Source: Chara braunii (Eukaryota > Plantae > Charophyceae). Taken from it: DNA of 63,410 nt. The notes under the pieces are model-generated. The model worked only from the letters and a program-made list of their open reading frames with translations. It searched no databases and was not told the origin of the DNA. Positions within the stretch are counted from its first letter, which is position 1. Each line of letters begins with the position of its first letter. The translations under genes were made by a program, and so were the position numbers. Shown in pieces: positions 1-10,896 of this stretch. The DNA lies in assembly GCA_003427395.1 (NCBI GenBank), contig BFEA01000025.1, positions 4,638,265 through 4,701,674 on the forward strand. The letters are read 5' to 3'.

Positions 1-13
1 AGAGAGACAGAGA

Positions 14-89
<76 letters not shown>
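1..89. repeat. (GA)n microsatellite
   Basis: Near-perfect GA dinucleotide run at the window start. Confidence 0.95.
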
Positions 90-92
<3 letters not shown>

Positions 93-249
93 GAAAGAAA
101 AACGAGACGCCATCAGCGAGTGTTGCTGCGCCGTGGCGGGGTCCACTTGTATTTAATAAGGAGTTTGTAGGACGTTAACCTTATTACGTTTCCCATCCAC
201 TTGTTTTTGGCACCGCCGTGAACGCCCGAGATTTTTGTGGCATGGCCAA

Positions 250-876
250 CTAGGGATCGGGGATAGCCTTAGACTGGTATGGGATGGCATTTTTTCCTTT
301 ATTTTGATTTTCCCGGCTATATTATTTTTTTCTGTTTTTTTGCAGATCATTGTAGAACCGTTTCATTTTGGTTACCTGGTTCCGACAATGTAGGACGCGG
401 AACAGGTCGTTCTCTGTGTTTTTTGGAATACGTAGCCTGACAGGACCCTGAGACTTTTTCGGTAGAAGTTTGTCTATCTTGCGGTTGGAAGGTAAGAACA
501 AATGGAACAATATCAACAATGATTGAATTGTTTACAATCCTTTTTGGGACTGGTATCAGACAACTTCCGCCATCCAGAATGGTTGGAGTCAGGACGATGT
601 CGGTGGGAATGCGGAGCGGCGACATAGCTGAGGGAGAAGACAAGCCCCCTAAGGACGACCGTGTGGCTGTGGTCGAAACCGGTCAAGGTAGCCATACCCA
701 CCGGAGTGTGACATTTTTATTGTTGTTGATTCACGATTTATTGCGCTCATAAGTACTTGACTACGCTCTTGCGTGTATGACGTTTTTGCGTCTACTACGC
801 TTGTGTGGACTTTGTACCTGTGCATGGCGTGCTGAGTCAGCTCACCTGTTACGCACACTTCAACAATCAAACAAAC
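250..876 (+). repeat. 5' pseudo-LTR of the Penelope-like element
   Basis: Aligns by eye over about 630 bp with 12935-13579, from CTAGGGA to CAATCAAACAAAC. Confidence 0.9.
645..688 (+). ncRNA. Hammerhead-like motif (minimal type I, core variant CUAAGGA)
   Basis: CCCC-CTAAGGA-CGACC(loop)GGTCG-AAA-CCGG-TC, with the palindromic ACCGGT stem III typical of PLE hammerheads. Core position G5 is A. Confidence 0.65.
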
Positions 877-1053
877 ATGTTGAGGCGCATGTGAACCTAC
901 TCAGATTACGATCTGCCTGAGTTTGAGTGAGCATGTTATGTTGTACTTTGTACTTTTACTATTTCAAGTGAACAAGTTACGTGAACAAGCAACGCTTCTT
1001 CCGAAGCAAGAAGTAGCGGAAGGCACTGACAACACCACTGGTGCTCGAAGGAA

Positions 1054-2538
1054 TGGCGAATCATGGCCATTGGGAGAAACGTCAAGACGCAAGACACGAG
1101 GGTCGGCGTGATGCCAGGCGTAACGGCTACCGAAGCGCTGGTAGGGATTACTACCAAGATGATGGACGTGAAGCAATACGTGATCGGGGTTATGGATCGG
1201 GAGAACATCGAAGACGAGCACCACCGACTTGCTTCGAATGCGGACAGGTCGGTCACTATCGCAATCAATGCTGGAAACTAACTGGCGAGGGAAGCTCGCG
1301 TCAGGGCGAAGTGCGGTTACAACCAAGGAGCGGAGCCGGTGATGTATCACCCGAATGGGTAAAATTAAGACGACAAATCGAAGAATAAGGGCATCCATTG
1401 CCTCTATGCGGGGACATTTCAAAGCAGAAAATAAGAAGAAGGCGGAGAAGGAAAAAAGAAAACTAGAAAAGGCGAAGCGTCTGAAGAGTGCGGAAGAACA
1501 AGCGGCGAAAGAGAAGAAAGCCGCAAAGAAGCAGGCGAAGTTTAAGGAAGCTAAGGAGTTCCGCATGCAAAGATGAGAATGGAAGCTGCTCTAGTGATCG
1601 GGGAATTGCGAGAGTCCTCGAGCTGTCTCTTATACACATCTAGATGTGTATAAGAGACAGCGTCTGAAGAGTGCGGAAGAACAAGCGGCGAAAGAGAAGA
1701 AAGCCGCAAAGAAGCAGGCGAAGTTTAAGGAAGCTAAGGAGTTCCGCATGCAAAGATGAGAATGGAAGCTGCTCTAGTGATCGGGGAATTGCGAGAGTCC
1801 TCGAGAGGCCATGTCCGAGGACTGGCGGGGCCACATCACGGATGAGCTACGTCGTGTGGTAACATCGATTTTGCCAAGTGGGAAAGGGAAAGCAAAAGCA
1901 ATCACACCACCATCGTCTAGTAAATCGGCGTCAGGCAGCGAAAGCGCAAGTGACATTGAGACGCTTCGACGACACACAAGGCGTTTGGCAATATCCGAGA
2001 AGCGTAAGCGAAGTGCGGAGAAAGCGGTCGGGAGCAGTCTGCCAGTAATGCAACTTATGAAACGTACACCACGCACCACGCAAGTGCGTCCAGTGAAACT
2101 TGCGGCTAAACTACAGCACGCGACGAACAAGATTGACAAGAAGAAGAAGACCCCTCCTCGCTACACTCCGCGACGTGGCACACCACAGACCAAGATCGCA
2201 GCAGCATTAGGTACCGCAGGAAAGGCGAAATTTATATGCAAAAATATTATATTGTTGGCCGAGTTTGGAGCGGACGAATTCAAGGAGATTTGCGGGAAGG
2301 AAGAAGTCGAGTACGGGAAAAAAATTGTCGCAACGACGAACATTGAGGAGAAAAGAGCGGCGGAAGCATATGATAATCCTAACCAAGAAGTTGTCGAAGG
2401 TGAAGTCGAAGTTGGGAGCATCAATCAGGAGGATATCAATGCTCGGACGAATTATGAAGATGATGCATGAAACGAGCCAGAGGTCGATGGTTGGTGGGCT
2501 CTCTGTAAGGTCCTATGTGAGTTCCATTGGGGTCACGT
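1054..2538 (+). pseudogene. N-terminal part of the PLE ORF: CCHC zinc knuckle, K/E-rich coiled coil, basic low-complexity region
   Basis: CFECGQVGHYRNQC knuckle in ORF 1041-1388. Stops and frameshifts follow. The frame of ORF 1811-2470 continues past TGA 2468-2470 as NEPEVDGWWALCKVLCEFHWGH up to the insertion. Confidence 0.7.
1623..1660. other. Nextera mate-pair junction adapter (assembly artefact)
   Basis: Exact CTGTCTCTTATACACATCT+AGATGTGTATAAGAGACAG (two inverted Tn5 mosaic ends), between identical copies 1478-1622 and 1661-1805. Confidence 0.98.
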
Positions 2539-5500
2539 TGTCGGTGTGAATACCCTTACAAGGGTATCCACCCTGGTTTTTGCAAGCGACAGAAAATAAG
2601 TTTAGTTTAAAGTTTAGGTCTACCGCGTGAGGCGCGGCTGTGTCTGTGGTTTACGTTGGCCGGATAGTTGACTAGAGTAGAGGGTGTGTGGGTGTGCAGG
2701 CTTGAGGTGCGCGTGATTTTATTTGTTGATGATTGAAGGGCTGGCGTGATCGTCGGCTTGATTTTGTTTATTTTTTTATTAAACTAGGACTTAAAAGAAT
2801 TTTTCTTGGTTGGTGCGCTTGTTGTGACTTGTGCGTACGTACAGAGGACGACGACAACGACAGCATGTTTCAGTATAGTCACGCGGTGGACGCGGAAGGT
2901 TGGCGACCGTGAGTTTTGTTGATAGGCCGACCTGAGGGTTTGAAACGTGTCGATAGATTTGCGTGTCGCATGGTATCCCTTTATCTAGGTGTCATTCGAT
3001 ACTAGATCCAGACGTGGGTTTGGTACTATTGGTTGATAGTATTGGACTTCTAATCGAGAGATTTAGGAATCGAGACCGAGCGGCGACGACGGGGGGATAT
3101 CAGAGTAGCGCGAAGGGATCGAGGGGTTGAAGGCCCGGTGGGGCTATCCCTTTTTGTTTCGCCGTCGGCAGCACCAGAACGGGCGCCAGCATTTTCTTTT
3201 CCCTCATTCGTCATATCCTAATGATTGAAAGTTTCTAAATGCTTTCTATTTTTAATATTATCTTTGCTCTGGCGTTCCTTGACTTGGACGTGATGGTGGA
3301 TTTAGAGATCGTCACGGCGGTCGAGGAACTTGAGAGCGCGCATTTTTTCGGGTTGACCTATGGGTTTCTTGCGTGTTTGGGATGCTGGTAGGGGTCCTTG
3401 GTCCCACCATCTGAAGACACAGGCCGAGGAAGTCGACGTTCATGTAAGCCGGTGGGTGATCAGCCCACGAAGCGGGAGAAACTTGAGCAGCGGGGTTGTC
3501 GCGGGTGCACTGTCCACCAACCACGATCTGCTGTGAGATGGTTTGAGTGTGAACATGCCCGTCGGGCCCCATTTGGTGTTGAACTATGCCTGGGTAGCGG
3601 GAGAGGACGTCAGGGCGATGGCCGCGCGGTGTGGCCTTGCTCATATGGGACCTTTCTTCACCATGGCTGCTTGCTACTACGGTCGAGAATTGTATCGCAC
3701 CCAGTCCATTAAGGCCCGCGCTAGGCCTGTAGCAGACTGCGCCGCGACCGGCTGTCCCTGTGGGAGATGGCTGTTGGAAGCTTGAGGCGGTAGCACCCTG
3801 AGTAGAGCAAGAGGGAGGACTGTGACGGAGTCGGCGTGTGCAGATCGTTCGCCGGGCTTAGGCACATGGGGCTAAAAGCTAACCGAACCGTCTGGTGGAG
3901 GGTTTTTTCCGAAGTTGTCTCAGGTTGGCTGAGGCCGTGGAGCTGTATCGGGGCGATGGCGCAGGGAGTCTGAGAGGGATCGGGCGAAGGACCATAGGGG
4001 CGATAGGTTGACCAGACCAGCCTATAGCCTATCTTTCCCGAAATTCCCTCGGGCCGGCCAAAGCAAAGGCGGAGGCCGCTGCGCTAAGGTTCCAGCGGAC
4101 CAATAGTGAGGGGAGCGGAGAGACTACGAGCGCTAAGGTTGGGAAGCGGGGCAGCAAAGAGGAAGGAATGAACCGAGACGAGGGGGTGTGCCGGGTGCGG
4201 GTAAACATAGACTGAGATGGCGTAGGCCGAGAGAGGACCAGGCGAAGTAGAAAGAGTTTTTCTTGCTCGATTCTTACCGAAATCGAGTGAGAAAAAGGGC
4301 GATTTCGAGGTTCTTACCCCGGGCGAGTTTGGTGGAAAAGTTAGTTTTAATAGTAGATTAGTACAGTAGAAGTTAGAAAGGTAAGTTAGTGCATGGAGGC
4401 TATGGCGGGAGCGAGGGAGTAGAGAAGAAGGAAAACATGGAACTCACCTGATTCTTGATGAAATCAGGTGAGAGAAGGTGCTACGTAGGGGTTAGAGGTT
4501 CGGGCGACCACGAATTCGTGGTTAGATTGAGCAACGGATTAGCAAGTTAGAAGTTAGTAAGAGAAACTCGAGTGCGAAGCATGAACGTTGGGAGGGACGA
4601 ATGAAACCGGACGCGATATTGCACCGAGTGCATTTAACTGTGAAGACGAGGGGATGCAGGTTGGGCGATCGTGGAGCAAGAGTCCACAGTTTCACTCGTC
4701 TACCGGCAGAAGAAGGCCGGGGAGAAGCTAGACTAAGGTTTCGGGGGCTGGCGAGTCCAGTAGTGATGTTAGCTTAGAGAGTAGAGTAACGTGGAAGGGC
4801 CAAGGAGGAGATCGGACTGCGCGAAGTTGTCGGAGATGGCTAAGATGAAGGAGATGCGGAGAGGAAAGTCGATCTCGCTCGTTTCTTGATGAAAACGGGC
4901 AAGCGGAAAGTCGATTCGGGGTTTTTGGAGATAGACGACCCCAAAACCGAGCTCAGAACTAGCACTAGGTTAGTAGAAAGAAAGATGGGAAAGTCAGAAG
5001 CGGGAATAGCAAGCGATCGATGTCGACAGCTGGCGGAGCAAGCGCTACGCACAGAGAAAGAAAGAGAGGACGGGATAAAGGTTGGGGAGGAGTGAGTACG
5101 TACCTGATTGGACGCAACTACGGGGCAAGGAGTCAGAGGTCAATCTATGGCGGCAACCTGCTTAGTGATCGGTGATTGCTCAATTGACATAACTATCAAA
5201 GAAGAGGTCGTGAACGGAAGAGGGGGCAAATCGAACTTACCTGCTGGTCGTACGCTGCCCAGCCTACCGTGCGAAGTAACTTGAGCCCAGTTGTGCGGCT
5301 AATCTGCTGACCGAAGTGCAGCCCAGGTCGGGGAACAGAGTAGGAAGAGGCAAACTGCGGATTTAGAGGTCTGACTGTCGGCCGTGTGCTGCCTAACCAG
5401 TTAATCGCAGTGGAGTAAGGCCGACTATGAGGTTGCAGACTTGACTGTTAGCGGATACGCCGGTCGTACTACTATAAGATGTAGCCGGGGAAGAGACACG

Positions 5501-6569
5501 AGTTATAAGCTTACCTACGGCCTGCATACCTTAGGCCACGTTGATTGCTGCTGTGCTCGTGGGGGTCCCATCTGAGCCCACTGCAGTCCGTGTTGAGTAC
5601 AGCACGGGGGTATGCATTGCTCGAAAGTGGATTTTTAAGGCCGCGTGGGCACGATAACTTTGAGGAAGTCGCGTGTGCCCGGGCACAGGAGTGGAGACTT
5701 ACCTGTTGGCGGTTACACTGCCTATTCCGTTGGTCGGAGATGTGAGAACAAGGTGGTGGGACAAACGACTCACCTATTGACCAGTGTACTATCAAGCAAA
5801 GCAGGTCACCAGCCTGCAAACCTACCTTTCGGCCTGCCTCAGCGATTGAAGGCGTGAGGTAGGCACTACTGCGATTTGGAGGTTAGTCAGAGGGTCAACA
5901 GGCGATGGTTTAACTGAGGGGAGCGGCACTGGAACTTAGAAGGGGTGGTTAGGCTTCTGACAGCAAGTATCGCCGTGACTTGGAGGCTCATTAGGAGGGG
6001 TTGTTTCAGCAGTTTGACTTCGGCTTGACTAGGTCGTTGCGATTATCGGCCATCATTGCGGGGCCCTCAGGTGACTGAAGGTATCAAGGCCCTCTTCTGG
6101 GAGTTGAGTTGTCCCTCTCTTGTATCTCGAGAGTCTGAAACCCCTCATTTTTGTCTTTCTTACTCTAAGTCTAATCCTGTTCTGAGAGGAAGGCGGCAGG
6201 CAGGATTGCAACCCGTAGGACCGCGACAAGACTCTGTGGGGAGTCCGCCCACCGATTGCGGGAGCTCTGTCGGAACTCAGGAAGAGTTTTGTAGGCAGGG
6301 AATTGAAAGGTAATCATTGTTTTCCGTCTATAAACCCTGTTATGACCCTTAGCTGTATTTCTTGTTATGGTTGACTGAGAATATTGTCTTCATCCCTACT
6401 TTGACTTTTACGTTTGACTTTCAGGACACAAACTAGACTGAGTAAAAGAATGATTGTGTAAGTTGCAGTTTCAGTTTTTGTTTGTCTGACTGAAAGCAGA
6501 TTGTGGGATTGTATCTGGGGGAAGGATGGGGGGAAGGCAATATTGCTTGTTTGACTGGGTCAACCAAAG

Positions 6570-7243
6570 GCTGGGAGAGTCTCCATAAGATTGGAGGGCT
6601 TAGTGCTATGTTTATTTGTCGATTGCCTGAAGGACCAGACAGGTTCCCATAAGATTGGGTGGTCTGGTTGCTCTGACTTGCGAAGGCTGCTTGTGATTGT
6701 TTTTTCAGGAACCAAGCAAGTTTTGATAAGGTTGGATGACTTGGCTGCCTTGTTTCGTTTGTTTTTTTTTTATATTTATTAGTTTCTTCTTGTTTATTCT
6801 GTGGGGAATTCAGGCAAGAGACTGGACATGTCCCCATAAGATTGGGTGGTCTGGTCTGGAGTCACGCATATGCTGGAACCAAAAAGCTATAACTTGACTA
6901 TACTCATTACTATCGTACTTATGAACAGGCTAGTCAGACATTTTTCCATAAGATTGGATGCTCCGACTATAGCTTATCACCAATTGGAGAGGGTATGAAT
7001 TAAGAATAAAATTGTGGTAAGAAGGGACAGGCTGAGCCTTGATCTAAGGTGACCGGTTCAGTCATATGTTACCTTAAAAGATAAAGTGCAGACAGTTATA
7101 CATAACTTGGATACTTAAACAGTTCATGGCGACTAAGGTGGCGTAGTCATATGCCCAAAGAAGAGAAAAGTCGGTGTGTCATGTGTTTGTGTATATTCTA
7201 TGGCTGAGCTAGACATGTTCTCATAAGATTGGGTGGTCTAGCT
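6570..7243 (+). repeat. Five dispersed hairpins with invariant CA-TAAGAT-TG apex
   Basis: Copies near 6581, 6633, 6819, 6931 and 7207, with different but complementary stems. Confidence 0.8.
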
Positions 7244-7538
7244 TTATGCCTTATGTAAGTTGGGAATAAGGGGATAAATCATTGAGAGACTATAAATTAT
7301 TGCTTGATAAAGTTGACTTTGGGATGGTGAGAGTACTTAGCTTTGTGGTTTAGCCTTGCATGTGACTGAGTGAGACTACTTAGTCTGAGTTTCGGTTTTG
7401 ATAGGTAGTTGCTTTAGCTGCTCGCCACGTGCTAGAGCGATAGAAGCTAGTTTCAATTCCTGCATTTTTTGGGCTAAGTTTATTTTTACGTAGGTCGATT
7501 TCTGCATTTTCTGGGATCTTTTGTTATACTTGACTTTG

Positions 7539-8090
7539 TATAAATTTTGGTAAGCTACTTTCTCTACGGGAAGCGTTGCCGAAATTTCTATAAAACCAAA
7601 GAGTTAGACAGATTTTGTTTTTTCGAGGTTCAACTTGTTTGACTTTTATGACTTAGTAAAAATCTGGAGAGTCTCCTTTTCTAAAGGGAGTGCTACCCAA
7701 ATTTTTGTTAATTCAGGGAGTTAGACAAAATTGGACCTTGAGAAGCCAAAGTCATTTTTATTCTGAATTTAGCTTTGTATAAATTTTGGAATAACACTTT
7801 CTCTACGGGAAGTGTTGCCGAAATTTCTACAGATCTAAGGAGTTAGTTAAATTTTATCTTAGTTAGACTCGAAGTCTGCTATGGGTTCATATCTGGCTTA
7901 ATAAAAATTTGGAAAGTTTTCTTTTCTAAAGGGAGTGCTGCCAATTTTTTTACTAATTCAGGGAGTGAGACAAAGTTTGACTTTCCAGAATTAAAATTTG
8001 GTTTTTGTTTTCATATTTGAGTTATTATAAATTTTGGAAAGACACTTTTCCTACGGGAAGCGCTGCCGAAATTTTCTTAGCTTAGAGAAG
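7539..8090. repeat. Higher-order tandem repeat (about 120-bp A/B subunits, about 240-bp period)
   Basis: TATAAATTTTGG..CTACGGGAAG.G.TGCCGAAATTT at about 7539, 7778 and 8026 alternates with CTTTTCTAAAGGGAGTGCT at about 7676 and 7921. Confidence 0.8.
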
Positions 8091-9889
8091 TTATATTATA
8101 TTTTGACAGGTGGCAATTCTGGGAATCCACTCTGTATAGAGGAAATTCTATCAAAAGTCTACATTTTCATTAGGCACTGACTTAGGGGTAGACTCAAGAT
8201 TAGTTAAGTAGAATGATTCTTGGTGAAATCATGATATGGAGATTATTCTCCATGAACTTATAGACTTAGCTTGGGGGATTGGTTTGTCTTGTGTTACAGG
8301 TCTTCTTGATCGATTGATTCGGGATTTGAGATACTTCAGCTTGATCCTACGAGGATCATATTCTGTTATTACAGATAACACGTCGGTTGTCGGTTCGTCG
8401 GTTTACGATTCAACTCCAATTCACTATTGTCACTCAACCTAAAGGCTTTAGCCCTGTGGTTTGAAATGTTTCATTGTGTTTTTACCCAGATTTTATTGAA
8501 TGGTCATTTAATAAAGGTAATGAGTATTTTATTGTTGAAAGGGTGTGCTAAGGTTGAGGTTTGCATGGCTAAAGCGAGGGGTGTGAGTGCAAAGACTGGT
8601 TGAAGTTGACCCCGTGTAGTGCCTGGACTTTTGGTTGAATCTCTGATTGCAGGTATGTTTGGTGATTCAGACTTTGAATTTGACTGTCTGCGCTCACATA
8701 CATATATATATATATGGCTGAGAGGAGTCCCACTGTGAATGTGAGAAGTGATCGTTCTATATTAATAACCCTTATCTATATGTATGTAAATACATATGTC
8801 TTGTATGTAAATACATATGTCTTGAGTATTTCGTACGGCCTACTGTGACAACGAATAAGGGTTAAACAAATTATATTTTCGAGAGAAAATGGCTCCCCTT
8901 TTAGCCTTTGTTTTTTTAGAATTCCTATGGTTGGACGTTGTAGTCCGTGGCAGCCGTCAAAGTCAAACCCCTTGACTTCTCTTCAGGCCCTAGATGAAGG
9001 AGCTGGTCTCCAGAGCGATAAGAGACGATTGTCACCACAGGTATGAACCTGTGTACCACCCACTCTTCGCAGGGTGCAGAAGAGAGTGTGGTTCTCAACC
9101 GCACTTGGCGGTTGTCCAGCGTCGAGAGATGAATCCCTCAAGGCGCGTGTCAGCTGACACTTGAGTGTTAAACGCGACCTCGAGATTAACGAGGATCGCA
9201 TGAGTATGGGTACTACATAGTACGCCATCATTGCGACCGCTTGCGCTTGCATTGCGAGTCGATATGAGTTAGCCCTGCGTCCGCGCGGTTTTATACTAAG
9301 TCTCGCGCACGACGCCTATCCGATTTCCGCATCGGAGGGTTATGGGATGACCACTAAGGGACTAGGAGTGTTATCTCGTTGTTTGTTCTGTGTTGTTTCG
9401 TATATGTGTGTGTGTGTTTTATTTTTATTTTCTATATAGTGGTGTGCGCGTGGCGTGTGGGATGCGTCCTAGTCGACCAACGACGAGTCGTGGTTGGGAC
9501 CTCAGCCCCCCAAGATGTTGGTTCGCGTGCGGGTTCGATAGAGGCGTAATATCGCACGTACCCCCTATGCTACAGCGAACGAGAAAACACCCTCGGCTGA
9601 TCCACCTCTGCGATTGCAACTGATTAGCTTTCGTACTGTGGACTAGTAGCTCGGCGGGGATACGCCCACTGAAGGGAGTGACAGCTCCTGTAAGGTGGAG
9701 GTAAGTCGTGCCTCGCGTAGGCCCTATCCTATCGTAGGGGCTCACCAGAGGTATGGCTGGCGCACTCAGCTGGAGCGGCTTGCGGAAGCTCCATGTGTAT
9801 TCGCAACGAGGATTAACACCAACTCCTGCGTGACGCAGCCGGGAGGGTCCCGCCCCGTTTTGTGCGGTGCAAGACCGATGCGCTCGACA

Positions 9890-10320
9890 ACGTTTTCAAG
9901 AAGAGACTAGAGAGGCTGTATCGTTTGACAGTAATCCTTTTGACAATGACTGGCCAGGTCAAGTGGTTGATGAAGTGTTTTGATTCGTACATTCCTATGT
10001 ATAGGAAATTGGGTGTTGGGTTCGTTGATTCTACAAGTGGTGTGTACATATTAGCCTCACCTATATGTGAAGCTCAATATGTGGGGAAAACTTGTAGAAA
10101 TGTTTACGTGAGATGGCGTGAGCATATTTCGCGTTGCGACCGTCGAAGTAAAGACGCATATCTTTACTGTTGGTGGTAGTGTTGTGGTAGGAAGGCATAT
10201 GTCTTACTACCGGTTGAAGCTTGTAGGGATGAGGAGTTAATTGCGTCCGAACAGTTGTACATACATCGGTGGAACCCTGCGCTGAACACCAACGGGGTGC
10301 AACGCAAGCGACAATGACGC
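9890..10320 (+). pseudogene. GIY-YIG endonuclease domain of the PLE
   Basis: GVYILASPICEAQYVGKTCRNVYVRWREH. After a stop the frame continues to EQLYIHRWNPALN (conserved E...N). Confidence 0.85.
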
Positions 10321-10896
10321 AAAAAAAAGCGGTGTGGCAAACGAGAGAGACAACGTGGTCAGCATGGGGGGATCAACGAGCAAACAGTGGGAAGCATGAT
10401 GCCGGTTAAGATTTAGGTGGGTGATGCAACGGAGGAGGTAACGTGTTTAACATGCTTGCGGACTTGGAGAAGGGGGGGTGCGTAAGTTTACGTTAAAATC
10501 AGTGGGAGACAACGTCAGGACTGATGGATGGAAGAAGCTCAGCAAAGCATTTGGCATGACACTTGTGACTTGGCATGGTACATCATCGACACTTTCAAAG
10601 TCCAAGGAAGCTTTGGAAGATGGCGAAACATGTGAAGTGTAATACCTGAGACGCTGACATATGATCCAAAAGGAAAACAAGACAAGCACGAACTTACCAG
10701 GATCCTACGTGGGACTAATCGAGGATTTAAAAGACAAGGATGCGACAAGACTATTCCGACTGTATCGAAATGCTGAAGGGTTTCAGAAGAAATCAACAAG
10801 GTCCTACCTACATAGGATGCTCTCACGAACAATCAAGGAAGTTACTGGCTGGGTGATGGGTGCAAATGTCAACATGAGCTAAAATTTGATGATCGA

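Larger units (their letters stand above)
2539..9889 (+). mobile_element. 7351-bp LTR-like element (probable giant solo LTR or non-autonomous element)
   Basis: Ends TGTCG...CGACA with ACGT duplicated at 2535-2538 and 9890-9893. Excision restores the PLE frame (GH|VFKKRLERL). No gag/pol ORF is visible. Orientation is inferred. Confidence 0.8.

Noticed and set aside
1623-1660. Tn5/IS50 ends suggesting a bacterial transposon or HGT
   Set aside because: Exact Nextera mate-pair junction adapter.
6570-7243. CRISPR-like array
   Set aside because: Irregular spacing, variable repeats, eukaryotic context and no cas genes.
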